A stretch of 32,000 bases of DNA, taken from positions 1-32,000 of the forward strand of contig NZ_FUWK01000020.1 of assembly GCF_900167395.1 (NCBI RefSeq), read 5' to 3'. The notes below the pieces were generated by a model. It did not search any database. It saw nothing but the letters and a program-made list of their open reading frames with translations, and was not told the DNA's origin. This DNA comes from Nitrosomonas europaea (GTDB lineage: Bacteria > Pseudomonadota > Gammaproteobacteria > Burkholderiales > Nitrosomonadaceae). This document shows positions 12,032 to 22,223 of the stretch, in pieces. Made by a program: the position numbers and the translations under genes. How positions within the stretch are numbered: position 1 is the stretch's first letter; each line of letters opens with the position of its first letter.

Positions 12032-12766
12032 ATGACGAATTCCACACACTTTGGTTTCACAACCGTCTCGGAAACGGAAAAAGCCCGCAAGGTTGCGGAA
12101 GTGTTTCACTCTGTAGCAGCACGCTACAATCTGATGAACGATCTCATGTCCATGGGATTGCACCGCTTGTGGAAGCGGTTTGCGATCGATGTCAGCGGTG
12201 CCAAACCCGGGGATAAAGTGCTCGATATCGCAGGTGGAACTGCTGATCTGACCCGGCTTTTTCTTGAAAAAACAGGTAGCACAGGCGAAGTCTGGTTGAC
12301 AGATATCAATAACTCCATGCTGTCGATCGGTCGTGATCGTATGCTGAATGACGGCAAAAGTGTACCGGTTGCACAATGCGATGCTGAAAAGCTACCCTTT
12401 CCGGATAATTATTTTGATCGGGTGTGTGTCGCTTTCGGTTTGAGAAACATGACGCATAAAGATGCGGCTCTTCGGGAAATGTGGCGGGTACTGTCTCCGG
12501 GAGGATCACTCATCGTACTGGAATTTTCCAAGGTATGGAAACCCTTGCAGCCTCTATATGACACTTATTCGTTCAAGGCACTACCCTTTATGGGAAAAAT
12601 CGTTGCCCGTGACGATACCAGCTACCGCTACCTTGCCGAATCCATTCGTATGCACCCTTCTCAGGAAGAACTGAAACAGCTCATGCAGCAGGCTGGTTTT
12701 GAACGAGTCGAGTATTTCAATCTTACTGCGGGAGTCGTTGCACTCCATCGCGGCTATAAATTCTAA
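12032..12766 (+). CDS. ubiE: ubiquinone/menaquinone biosynthesis C-methyltransferase
   Basis: The track ORF starts at 11960. The start is moved to the ATG at 12032 ([40 protein letters not shown] is the canonical UbiE N-terminus). The SAM motif is [10 protein letters not shown]. Confidence 0.93.
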
Positions 12767-12835
12767 ATCGTACGTTCCCACAACCTGCCGGACAGCCTTC
12801 TCCTGCAAATCAGGGTCCGGCAGGCAACGCAGATC

Positions 12836-13807
12836 CTATAACAGCCCGTCAGCCTTGCGCTTTGCCAGCAGACAGATCAGATCACAGGCGATATGGGCTG
12901 CCGCAAGCGCCGTTATCTGGCTGTGATCATAGGGAGGCGATACTTCTACGATATCCATGCCAATCAGGTTGATTGCCGTAAGACCACGAATGATTGCCAG
13001 TGCCTGAGCAGTAGACAATCCTCCACAAACCGGCGTACCGGTACCTGGCGCATAGGCTGGATCAAGGCAGTCGATATCAAAAGTAAGATATGCCGGTTGA
13101 GTTCCGACGATGCGCTCGATTTCTGCAACGACCGCATCCGTGCCCTGCCGGTGTATCCGATCGGCATCCAGAATATTGATCCCCATGAAATCATCATTCC
13201 AGGTGCGAATACCGATCTGAACGGAACGTTTGACGTCGATCAGACCCTCCCGCACCGCTTTGTAAAACATGGAGCCATGGTTCAGTGAAGCGAGTGAATC
13301 ATCCGGCCAGGTATCACAATGCGCATCGAAGTGAATCAACGACAGCGGAGCACCTGTCTTTTCCACATGCGCCTGCAGCAACGGATAGGAAATCGAGTGA
13401 TCACCGCCGAATGTCAGCATACGTGCGCCAGAGGCCAGAATATGCCGTGCATGGTCAACAATCGCACCATGGATCGTCAGCGGGTTATGCACGTCGAGAA
13501 AACAATCGCCAGAATCGATCACGGCAAGATGTTCGAATGGATCGAATCCCCACGGATAAGGCTTTAACGAAGCAACTTCGGCAGAAGCCTGACGAATCCC
13601 CAGCGGGCCAAAACGTGCACCGGAACGATAAGACACCGCCAGATCCAGTGGAATACCACTGATTACCAGTTCGGCACCCGTCAGGTCTTTGCGGAAATTG
13701 CAGCGCATAAAAGAAAGCATGCCCGAGAAGGTCGGTTCACGCAGCATGCCATAAGGTGTTTTACGCGCTATCGCACCATCGATTCTGATCTGATCATCAT
13801 CCGACAT
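12836..13807 (-). CDS. speB: agmatinase (arginase/ureohydrolase family)
   Basis: 323 aa. The Mn-binding motifs are GGDHS, HFDAHCD and DIDCLDP. Long stretches resemble E. coli SpeB (GSMFY..REGLID...SVQIGIRT; YLTFDIDCLDPAYAPGTGTPVCGGLS). GGAG lies upstream of the ATG. Confidence 0.88.
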   Translation of the reverse strand: MSDDDQIRIDGAIARKTPYGMLREPTFSGMLSFMRCNFRKDLTGAELVISGIPLDLAVSYRSGARFGPLGIRQASAEVASLKPYPWGFDPFEHLAVIDSGDCFLDVHNPLTIHGAIVDHARHILASGARMLTFGGDHSISYPLLQAHVEKTGAPLSLIHFDAHCDTWPDDSLASLNHGSMFYKAVREGLIDVKRSVQIGIRTWNDDFMGINILDADRIHRQGTDAVVAEIERIVGTQPAYLTFDIDCLDPAYAPGTGTPVCGGLSTAQALAIIRGLTAINLIGMDIVEVSPPYDHSQITALAAAHIACDLICLLAKRKADGLL

Positions 13808-13894
13808 GATGCAGCTCCGTTCTCATTTCAAATTTTCCATTGGATTCCAAAAGCGGGAAACAGCCTTGCAGAATCTGACAGATTGAAAATAATC

Positions 13895-14377
13895 TCATCC
13901 TTCCTGAACGGAATCATTGCGTCCATTGCGGATACTATCCAGAATCAACAGGAATGCACCGCAAAATATGGCTGAATCAGCCAGATTGAATGCCGGCCAA
14001 TGATAACCGTTCAAATGGAAATCCAGAAAATCAACGACATGCCCAAGCATGATACGATCCCAGAGATTGCCCAGTGCCCCTCCCAGAATAAGGCTCAGCG
14101 CGAAGCAGAACAGCCGGTTGGCCGTATTCTTATACAGCAGATAAACAATCAGGACAGATACGAGAACAGCGATGGTACTCAAGAACCATCGCTGCCACCC
14201 GGAAGCATCACTCAGGAAACTGAAGGCAGCACCGGCATTATAGGTAAGTACGAGATTGAAAAATTCCGTAATCATAATCTGCTGACCATATGTCAGATTG
14301 AGCTCCACCCAGCGCTTGGTGAGCAGATCCATCACCAGAATGATTACCGCCAGAGTCAGGCTGAAATAAAGTTTCAT
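13895..14377 (-). CDS. lspA: lipoprotein signal peptidase (signal peptidase II)
   Basis: 160 aa with four TM segments, NxGAAFS and FNLAD motifs, and a position downstream of ileS. Confidence 0.93.
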   Translation of the reverse strand: MKLYFSLTLAVIILVMDLLTKRWVELNLTYGQQIMITEFFNLVLTYNAGAAFSFLSDASGWQRWFLSTIAVLVSVLIVYLLYKNTANRLFCFALSLILGGALGNLWDRIMLGHVVDFLDFHLNGYHWPAFNLADSAIFCGAFLLILDSIRNGRNDSVQEG

Positions 14378-14419
14378 CGTACGCCCTTCTATATTTTTTC
14401 GATGAGTGTTCCCGGGTAA

Positions 14420-17239
14420 TCAGGCAAAACGACGATATTCACCGGAACCTGCCAAATTGCTTACACAACGGCTGCACAACGAAGAATGTTCGGGAACTGA
14501 CCCCACATCCTGCCGATAATGCCAGCAACGTTCACATTTCATATGCGGACTGGCTGTCACCCGGATAACTTCCCCAGCCGCATCATCCACACGCTGCAAA
14601 TGAACCTCGGACGTAATCAGTACGAACCGGAGATCATCTCCCAGTGAGTCGAGCAATGCGAAATCTTCACCCGCTGCATGGATTTCAACGATGGCAGCCA
14701 GTGAAGAGCCGATTTCACCCTGGATACGCGCATCTTCGAGCTGTTTCAGCACCCTGGCACGCAGTTCACGCAGCCGCTGCCAGCGCGGTATCAATATCTG
14801 TGCATCGGACAGTATTTCTGATTGATCGGGAAAGCAATGCCAGGTATGCAGAAATACGCTGTCTTCTGCTGATTCACCCAGCTCCTGCCAGACTTCTTCT
14901 GCGGTAAAGCTCAGCACGGGTGCAAACAGACGTACCAGACTGTGCACGATATGATAGAGCGCATTCTGAGCCGAACGCCGCGGAATTCCATTTGCCATTG
15001 AGGTATAAAGGCGATCCTTGAGAATATCCAGATAGAACCCGCCCAGATCTTCGGAACAGAAATGGTGCAACCGGGCAACTGCCTGATGAAACTCGTAACG
15101 CTCGTAAAACCCAAGCAGATCATTTTGTAATGCTGCTGTATAAGCGAGCATGTAGCGATCGATTTCCACCCATTCTGCCGGTGGTAATGCATCCGCAGCA
15201 AGATTGAAATCTGCCAGATTAGCCAGCAGAAAGCGCAAGGTATTGCGAATACGCCGGTAGGTTTCGACTGTACGCTTGAGAATTTCATCGGAGATGGACA
15301 ATTCACCGGAATAATCCGTAGAAGCTACCCAGAGCCGCAAAATATCGGCACCGAGTGTATCGGCAATTTTCTGCGGGGCGATGACGTTACCCTTCGATTT
15401 GCTCATTTTGTAGCCCTGCCCGTCTACCACGAAACCATGTGTGAGCAAAGCGGTATAAGGCGCACACCCATCGATCGCACACCCCGTCAGCAGTGATGAC
15501 TGGAACCAGCCACGATGCTGATCGGAACCTTCCAGATAAAGATCGGCCGGATGCCGCAACTGTATGTTCTGCTTCAATACGGTCTCATGAGTGGTACCGG
15601 AATCAAACCAGACATCGAGCGTATCCGTCAGTTTCTGGTAATGCTGTGCTTCCTCTCCCAACAATTCGGTCGCATCGAGGCTGAACCATGCCTCGATCCC
15701 CTGTTGTTCGACCAGGCCGGCCACCTTCTCCAACAGCTCAGGTGTACGCGGATGCAGTGTATGGGCTTCCTTATGGATAAAAAAAGTCATTGGAACACCC
15801 CAGTTACGCTGGCGTGAAATACACCAGTCAGGCCGGTTTCCGATCATGGCTTCCAGCCGCGCCCTGCCCCACGCCGGATAAAAGCGCGTAAGCTCCACCG
15901 CACGAAGAGCGAGATCCCGCAGCGATTCCCCGAAAGATTGTGATTCAGCAGTCTGCCGCTGCATGCCAATGAACCATTGGGGTGTTGCGCGAAAAATGAT
16001 CGGGGTTTTATGTCGCCAGCAATGAGGGTAGCTATGCTCGATCTCTTCGGCATGCAGCAGATGTCCACTACTGCGCAAGGTATCGATCACAACATCATTG
16101 GCCTTCCACACGAACATTCCCCCGACCAGTGAAATCTGTTCTGAGAATTTACCGTCGCCTTTGACCGGGCTGTCACTGGGCAGGCCATACTGCTGACCAA
16201 TGAAGTAATCATCCAGCCCGTGAGCCGGTGCGGTATGGACGAGGCCAGTACCCGCCTCCAGTGTCACATGTCGTCCGCAGATCACTTTGACGATACGATC
16301 GGCAAAAGGATGTTGCAAGGATAGCCCTTCCAGTGCCAGGCCTTTGCAAGTCGCTACTACCCGCCCTTCGAGCTGGTAACGGGCAAGACAGGCATTCGTC
16401 AGCTCGGAAGCCAACAGCAACCAGCCGCGGGAAGTGCTGACCAGACTGTAATCGAACTCGGGATGCACACATACCGCCTGATTGGCCGGGAGCGTCCACG
16501 GCGTCGTCGTCCAGATCACGGCAAAAATACGGGTACCCGCCGGAATTTCTGCTGCCATGACGCCGGCAAGCGGATGACAGACATCCTTTCGCCCGATTAT
16601 TTCAAACCCGACATCGATCGCGGGCGAGCGCTTGTTTTCATATTCCACCTCGGCTTCCGCTAAGGCCGAGCCACAGTCGATACACCAGTTGACCGGTTTC
16701 TGTCCCTGATAAAGGTGGCCATTGCGAAAAATTTTCCCGAGTGCACGGATGATACCTGCCTCGATCGCATAATTCATCGTGAGATAGGGGTGCTCCCAGT
16801 CACCCAGGACTCCCAGCCGCATGAAATCAGCCTTCTGTCGATCTATCTGTTCCTGCGCAAAGGCCCGGCACAGTTTGCGCACCTGATCAGCCGGCAGGTG
16901 CTTGCCATATTTTTTTTCAATCTGATGCTCGATTGGCAGACCATGACAATCCCAGCCCGGAACATACGGTGCATCAAAGCCCGACAGCGTTTTACTCTTG
17001 ATGATGATGTCCTTGAGGATTTTATTGACGGCATGGCCGATATGAATGTCACCATTGGCATAGGGCGGGCCATCATGCAGAATGAACTTCGGCCGTCCCT
17101 GGCTGATTGCACGGATTTTCCGGTAAAGATTTCTTTCCTGCCAGGCTTTGAGCATGGCGGGTTCGCGCCGAGCCAGATCCCCTCGCATGGGGAAAGATGT
17201 ATCCAGCAGATTGAGTGTTTTCTTGTAATCGATCGTCAT
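14420..17239 (-). CDS. ileS: isoleucine--tRNA ligase
   Basis: The track ORF extends to 17278. The start is moved to the ATG at 17239 ([22 protein letters not shown] is the canonical N-terminus). It has HIGH (HIGHAVNK), KMSKS, and a C-terminal zinc finger CxxC...CxxC. Confidence 0.96.
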   Translation of the reverse strand: MTIDYKKTLNLLDTSFPMRGDLARREPAMLKAWQERNLYRKIRAISQGRPKFILHDGPPYANGDIHIGHAVNKILKDIIIKSKTLSGFDAPYVPGWDCHGLPIEHQIEKKYGKHLPADQVRKLCRAFAQEQIDRQKADFMRLGVLGDWEHPYLTMNYAIEAGIIRALGKIFRNGHLYQGQKPVNWCIDCGSALAEAEVEYENKRSPAIDVGFEIIGRKDVCHPLAGVMAAEIPAGTRIFAVIWTTTPWTLPANQAVCVHPEFDYSLVSTSRGWLLLASELTNACLARYQLEGRVVATCKGLALEGLSLQHPFADRIVKVICGRHVTLEAGTGLVHTAPAHGLDDYFIGQQYGLPSDSPVKGDGKFSEQISLVGGMFVWKANDVVIDTLRSSGHLLHAEEIEHSYPHCWRHKTPIIFRATPQWFIGMQRQTAESQSFGESLRDLALRAVELTRFYPAWGRARLEAMIGNRPDWCISRQRNWGVPMTFFIHKEAHTLHPRTPELLEKVAGLVEQQGIEAWFSLDATELLGEEAQHYQKLTDTLDVWFDSGTTHETVLKQNIQLRHPADLYLEGSDQHRGWFQSSLLTGCAIDGCAPYTALLTHGFVVDGQGYKMSKSKGNVIAPQKIADTLGADILRLWVASTDYSGELSISDEILKRTVETYRRIRNTLRFLLANLADFNLAADALPPAEWVEIDRYMLAYTAALQNDLLGFYERYEFHQAVARLHHFCSEDLGGFYLDILKDRLYTSMANGIPRRSAQNALYHIVHSLVRLFAPVLSFTAEEVWQELGESAEDSVFLHTWHCFPDQSEILSDAQILIPRWQRLRELRARVLKQLEDARIQGEIGSSLAAIVEIHAAGEDFALLDSLGDDLRFVLITSEVHLQRVDDAAGEVIRVTASPHMKCERCWHYRQDVGSVPEHSSLCSRCVSNLAGSGEYRRFA

Positions 17240-17240
17240 T

Positions 17241-18212
17241 TCAGCAATCCAGGCAGATCGTTTGATGCATGGCAGCATCTGTTCGGGAAAAATAGGCTTT
17301 GGCGCGATCCACGTCCTGTTCTATTTGTTTTACGAGTGTTTCCATATCAGGAAATTTTTCTTCATCTCTGAGTTTTTGTAAAAAATCGACTCGCAAATGC
17401 TGTCCATAGATCTGTTCATCAAAATCAAACAAATGTACTTCCAGCAGCGGTTGTGCGTGTTCGAAAACGGTTGGCCGGACACCCACACTGGCTACTCCCC
17501 GGATTCGCCGTGTATGGCCTGAATCATTACACCAGTTTGCTTCCACCACGAAAATACCGCTTAGTGGAAGATGATGATGCTTCAACCATATGTTGGCCGT
17601 CGGAAAACCCAGTTTTTTGCCCAGTTTGATGCCATCCACCACCCGCCCGCTGATGCTGTAAGGGCGCCCCAGGAAGTCTGCAGCCAGATCGAGGTTGCCC
17701 GATGCCAGGGCATCGCGCACTGCTGTACTTGATACCCTCAATTCATCCACAGTAACGGGGGACATGACCTCCAGCTCATCTGGCTCCGAAAAGAACTTTC
17801 TCAGCAAGGTAAGATCTCCCGAACGCCGGGCACCAAAACGAAAATCCTCTCCTATCAGCAGCCAGCGGACATTCATTTCCTGCAGCAGAATACGTGTGAT
17901 GAACGATTCCGCACTGATTCCGGCAAATTCATGGTCGAAACGACAGATCTGCGTACGACTCACGCCATAACCCGCCAGCAGTTCCAGTTTCTCACGCAAA
18001 TCCGTCAACCGCGCCGGAGCCTGCTCGGGCATCAGACGCTCTCGCGGATGCGGTTCAAACGTCATGACACATGATGCAATTCCCAAACGACCGGCAACCC
18101 GCTTCAGGCGGGCGATCATTGCCTGATGGCCAAGATGCACACCGTCAAAATTGCCTATGGTCAGAGCAACAGGCTCTCCCCTATAGATCACCGACCGTCG
18201 GGTTATACGCAT
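17241..18212 (-). CDS. ribF: bifunctional riboflavin kinase / FMN adenylyltransferase
   Basis: 323 aa with the N-terminal [15 protein letters not shown] and the kinase motif GFPTAN. ribF-ileS-lspA is a conserved order. Confidence 0.94.
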   Translation of the reverse strand: MRITRRSVIYRGEPVALTIGNFDGVHLGHQAMIARLKRVAGRLGIASCVMTFEPHPRERLMPEQAPARLTDLREKLELLAGYGVSRTQICRFDHEFAGISAESFITRILLQEMNVRWLLIGEDFRFGARRSGDLTLLRKFFSEPDELEVMSPVTVDELRVSSTAVRDALASGNLDLAADFLGRPYSISGRVVDGIKLGKKLGFPTANIWLKHHHLPLSGIFVVEANWCNDSGHTRRIRGVASVGVRPTVFEHAQPLLEVHLFDFDEQIYGQHLRVDFLQKLRDEEKFPDMETLVKQIEQDVDRAKAYFSRTDAAMHQTICLDC

Positions 18213-18320
18213 ACTATCGAACCAGGCATCAGCCAGCCGGAAATATAATCCGGCCGCAGACCTGCCTCATGACGACCGATGACTCGCGCATGACTGCAGG
18301 TAGCGTGGATCCATTGCTTT

Positions 18321-18752
18321 TTATACTTCGGAAGTATTGAGATCAGCCGGTTCACGATGCGGGAAATGGCTCATCTGATAGCCCATCCAGAGGCGTCCGG
18401 CAATAAATTCTGCGACGGTATCTGCATGTTGCTTCAGTAGCGGGTTGCCCAGTTCGAGCGTCGTTTGCCGGAAAAGCTGCAACCAGCGCTTGAAAAGTGT
18501 TTCATTCAGTTCCGGCAGGGCAATGTGTTTAGGCATGGGGGCACCACGAAAACGGCTGGTACCACGCAATTGGGCTGACCAGAAATTGGTCATTTGTACG
18601 AAATGCGCATCCCAGTCGATCACATGTTCTTCGAAAATAGGACCTAATGCGGCATCTTTTCTCGCTTTGGCATAAAATTCATGTACCAGTTTTGAAACTT
18701 CTTCCTCGGTGTACAGATCGGGACTGGGTTCAGGTATGGGACGGGGTATCAT
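18321..18752 (-). CDS. group III truncated haemoglobin-like protein
   Basis: 143 aa. The pattern FY..AR.D..LGPIF...I.DW..H...MTNFW.......RF.G.PM.KH..L.......F.RWL.LF matches the trHb group III (Ctb-like) family as I remember it. Confidence 0.7.
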   Translation of the reverse strand: MIPRPIPEPSPDLYTEEEVSKLVHEFYAKARKDAALGPIFEEHVIDWDAHFVQMTNFWSAQLRGTSRFRGAPMPKHIALPELNETLFKRWLQLFRQTTLELGNPLLKQHADTVAEFIAGRLWMGYQMSHFPHREPADLNTSEV

Positions 18753-18887
18753 GGCTCTGTATTAAATATATCCGTATGGGTTAAAGTGTATGTGTACCGG
18801 AATGACTCAAGTCATAATCCAGCTGTTTGCAACATCAATTTTCTCATATTTGCAATACTCCTTCGAGTCTCTTTGCATAAGGTCTGA

Positions 18888-21128
18888 ATGTTGTTCAAAA
18901 CCAGTCGATCACTCATGAAAAAAATCCGGTTACAGGTTATCTGTGCAGGCTACTCTCTTGTATCGACCGGCCTGTTGTTACTGAGCCTGATATTGTCCGG
19001 TTGTACCGATATCTGGAATAATCCTTATCCGGCCGCGGATTCCGGTAAAAATATTCTTTATAATGTTTTTGCTGAACGCCCAAAACATCTCGATCCGGTG
19101 CAATCATACAGTTCGAATGAAATTCAGCTCACTTCTCAGATCTATCAACCACCGCTGCAATATCACTTCCTGAAACGTCCTCTTACCCTGATTCCGCAAA
19201 CTGCCAGCAGGATGCCCACGGTAAGCTACTTCGACAGCAACGATACCCGGCTACCCGCCAATTCAGCAGATACCCGTATTGCCTACTCTGTTTATGAAAT
19301 TTCGATCAGGCCCGGTATTTTCTACCAGCCTCATCCGGCCTTCGCCAGAGATGAAAAAGACAACCTGCGCTATCATGAACTAACCGTACAAGATATACAG
19401 CCCATCCACAAAATCAGTGACTTTGAACATACAGGTACCCGTGAACTGGTAGCCGACGACTATATCTACCAGATCAAACGACTTGCCCACCCCGGGCTGC
19501 ACTCACCGATATTCGGTTTGATGGCGGATTACATTACAGGACTGCGCGAATATGCGAATACCCTGAGAGATCAAGCCAGGACCCGACCTGGAAACAGCTT
19601 TCTGGATTTGCGCGACTTTCCTCTGACAGGTGTGGAGCGAGTGGATGATTACACCTATCGCATCCGAATAAAAGGAAAATATCCTCAGTTTATCTACTGG
19701 CTGACCATGGCATTTTTTGCACCGATTCCATGGGAAGCAGATCATTTCTTCTCACAACCCGGTATGGCCGAGAAAAATTTCTCACTCGACTGGTATCCGG
19801 TGGGAACCGGTCCGTACATGCTGGCCGAAAATAACCCGAACCGGATCATGGTGCTGGAGCGCAACCCCAATTTTCAGGGGGAATATTACCCGGATGAGGG
19901 CATGCCGGAAGATATACAAAAAGGCCTGCTGCGTGATGCCGGGAAACCGTTGCCATTCATCGATAAAATCGTGTACAGCCGTGAAAGGGAAAGTATCCCT
20001 TACTGGAATAAATTCCTGCAGGGATACTACGATGCATCCATCATTGGCTCGGACAGTTTCGATCAGGCGGTACAGATAACCGGTCAGGGTGAGGCCACGA
20101 TCACCGACGAAATGGAGGCACAAGGTATTCGCCTTGGAACGGCTGTCGCTCCATCGACATATTACATGGGGTTCAATATGCTCGATCCGGTAGTGGGTGG
20201 CCGCACCGAAGCGGAAAAGGCTGCAGCACGCAAGCTGCGCCAGGCTATTTCCATTGCCGTAAATTACGAGGAATACCTGTCCATATTTGCAAACGAGCGC
20301 GGTATTGCTGCACAAGGCCCGATCCCTCCCGGAATCGAGGGCTATCATGAAGGCAAGGAAGGGATGAATCCGATCGTTTATGAATGGCATAACGGCGAAA
20401 TCCGGCGCAAGTCGATCAAACAGGCGCAGGCATTACTCGCTGAAGCAGGCTATCCTGATGGTATCAGTCGCAAGACCGGTAAACCGCTGGTGCTGTATTA
20501 CGATGTCACTGCACGCAGCGCAGACGATAGATCCATCCTCGACTGGATGCGAATGCAATTCCGCAAACTCAATATCCAGCTGGTCGTGCGCAGCACTGAC
20601 TACAACCGCTTCCAGGACAAGATACGCAAGGGAAATGCACAGATTTTTGAATGGGGCTGGAACGCGGATTATCCTGACCCGGAGAATTTTCTGTTTCTGT
20701 TATATGGCCCACAACGCAAAGTGGGCAACAGTGGCGAAAACGCAGCGAACTATGACAACGCCGAATACAACCACCTGTTCGAACAGATGAAAGACATGGA
20801 ACACGGCCCGCAGCGTGTACGGATCATCGACAGAATGATCACCATTCTGCGGGAAGATGCCCCCTGGCTGTGGGGCTACCACCCGAAGGAATTTGCCTTG
20901 TACCATGCCTGGTATCAGAATGTGAAACCCAACAGAATGGCGTATAACACGCTCAAATATTATCGGATCGATCCTGCGTTACGCGATCAGAAACGAAACG
21001 AATGGAATAAACCCGTACTATGGCCGATCGGCGCGGGTACGGCCCTGCTGGTCATCATTCTCTTGCCGGCATGGGTTGCATATCGCCGCAAACAGCAACA
21101 GCAGAGTATTACTGAACAGGCAACCTGA
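18888..21128 (+). CDS. ABC transporter substrate-binding protein, family 5 (peptide/nickel, YejA-like), with an N-terminal lipobox and a C-terminal TM helix
   Basis: 746 aa. Signal peptide with LILSGC, family-5 SBP features (GTGPYML, NPNFxGEYYP, WGWNADYPDPENF), and a C-terminal hydrophobic segment VLWPIGAGTALLVIILLPAWVAY followed by RRKQQQQ. An alternative start is the ATG at 18915. Confidence 0.85.
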   Translation: MLFKTSRSLMKKIRLQVICAGYSLVSTGLLLLSLILSGCTDIWNNPYPAADSGKNILYNVFAERPKHLDPVQSYSSNEIQLTSQIYQPPLQYHFLKRPLTLIPQTASRMPTVSYFDSNDTRLPANSADTRIAYSVYEISIRPGIFYQPHPAFARDEKDNLRYHELTVQDIQPIHKISDFEHTGTRELVADDYIYQIKRLAHPGLHSPIFGLMADYITGLREYANTLRDQARTRPGNSFLDLRDFPLTGVERVDDYTYRIRIKGKYPQFIYWLTMAFFAPIPWEADHFFSQPGMAEKNFSLDWYPVGTGPYMLAENNPNRIMVLERNPNFQGEYYPDEGMPEDIQKGLLRDAGKPLPFIDKIVYSRERESIPYWNKFLQGYYDASIIGSDSFDQAVQITGQGEATITDEMEAQGIRLGTAVAPSTYYMGFNMLDPVVGGRTEAEKAAARKLRQAISIAVNYEEYLSIFANERGIAAQGPIPPGIEGYHEGKEGMNPIVYEWHNGEIRRKSIKQAQALLAEAGYPDGISRKTGKPLVLYYDVTARSADDRSILDWMRMQFRKLNIQLVVRSTDYNRFQDKIRKGNAQIFEWGWNADYPDPENFLFLLYGPQRKVGNSGENAANYDNAEYNHLFEQMKDMEHGPQRVRIIDRMITILREDAPWLWGYHPKEFALYHAWYQNVKPNRMAYNTLKYYRIDPALRDQKRNEWNKPVLWPIGAGTALLVIILLPAWVAYRRKQQQQSITEQAT

Positions 21129-21145
21129 TCCAATTTTATGCATTT

Positions 21146-22123
21146 ATGCTAAATTACATCATCCGCCGGATACTTTACGCACTTCCGATTCTCATCGGTG
21201 TCAATCTCATCACATTTGCACTCTTCTTTGTGGTCAATACCCCTGATGATATGGCACGCATGCATCTTGGCACGAAACACGTCACGGAAGAGGCCATCTG
21301 GAAATGGAAAGAAGAGCACGGCTACAACAAACCTCTGCTCTATAACGAGGCAGCTCACGGGTTCGAAAAATTTACTGATACTATTTTTTTTGAAAAATCA
21401 GTCTCGATGTTTGCATTCGATTTTGGTCGTGCCGATGACGGCCGTGATATTGCTTACGAGATCCAGTCACGCATGTGGCCCAGCCTGGCGATTGCATTAC
21501 CCGTATTTCTGCTGGGTCTGCTGACCTATATCACGTTTGCTCTGGTGATGATTTTCTTTCGCGCCACCTACGTCGATTTCTGGGGTGTCATCCTGTGCGT
21601 GATGCTCATGTCCATTTCCAGCCTGTTTTATATTATCGGCGGCCAGTTCCTGATCAGTAAGTTGTGGCATCTGGTTCCCATCTCCGGCTACGGCAACGGA
21701 CTGGATATCGGCCGGTTTCTGCTGCTTCCGGTCATTATCGGTGTGGTCAGCAGTGCCGGCGCCAACACACGCTGGTACCGCACCCTTTTTCTGGAAGAGA
21801 TCAACAAGGAATATGTGCGCACGGCCCGAGCCAAAGGATTGGCGGAAAGCGTAGTACTGTTCAGACATGTACTCAAGAACGCGATGATTCCCATACTGAC
21901 CGGCACCGTCGTCGTCATTCCGCTGCTGTTTCTCGGCGGACTGATTACCGAATCGTTCTTTGGCATTCCAGGACTGGGCAGTTATACCATCGATGCCATT
22001 CAATCACAGGATTTTTCGGTGGTACGTGCCATGGTATTTCTGGGTTCGTTGCTGTATATCGCCGGGCTGGTGCTGACCGATATTTCCTACACCTTGGCAG
22101 ATCCGAGAGTGCGACTGGAATGA
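21146..22123 (+). CDS. ABC transporter permease (DppB/OppB/YejB-like)
   Basis: 325 aa. N-terminus MLNYIIRRILYALPILIGV, EAA-loop region YVRTARAKGLAE..VLFRHVLKNAMIPILT, and C-terminus YTLADPRVRLE. Confidence 0.9.
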   Translation: MLNYIIRRILYALPILIGVNLITFALFFVVNTPDDMARMHLGTKHVTEEAIWKWKEEHGYNKPLLYNEAAHGFEKFTDTIFFEKSVSMFAFDFGRADDGRDIAYEIQSRMWPSLAIALPVFLLGLLTYITFALVMIFFRATYVDFWGVILCVMLMSISSLFYIIGGQFLISKLWHLVPISGYGNGLDIGRFLLLPVIIGVVSSAGANTRWYRTLFLEEINKEYVRTARAKGLAESVVLFRHVLKNAMIPILTGTVVVIPLLFLGGLITESFFGIPGLGSYTIDAIQSQDFSVVRAMVFLGSLLYIAGLVLTDISYTLADPRVRLE

Positions 22124-22223
22124 TCATCCGTTTCTGCAACCAGCCTGCCTTTCCCGAGCAAAATCAGATACTGCTCCTTGCTCAAGTGCATCATTCTGTG
22201 ATCGAACATTCGGACGATATGGA

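Noticed and set aside
12784-12824. Inverted repeat CCTGCCGG ... CCGGCAGG between convergent ubiE and speB, considered as a bidirectional terminator
   Set aside because: The loop is 25 nt and there is no T or A run on either side. At best it is a weak structure, so it is not listed as a feature.
18236-18254. Hairpin GCCGGA-AATATAA-TCCGGC between the trHb gene and ribF
   Set aside because: It has a short stem and no U-tract on the minus strand, so it could equally be part of the ribF promoter region. The evidence is insufficient for a call.
18826-18878. TTTGCA repeats considered as sigma54 -12 elements
   Set aside because: None of the three copies has the GG of a -24 box at the required spacing.
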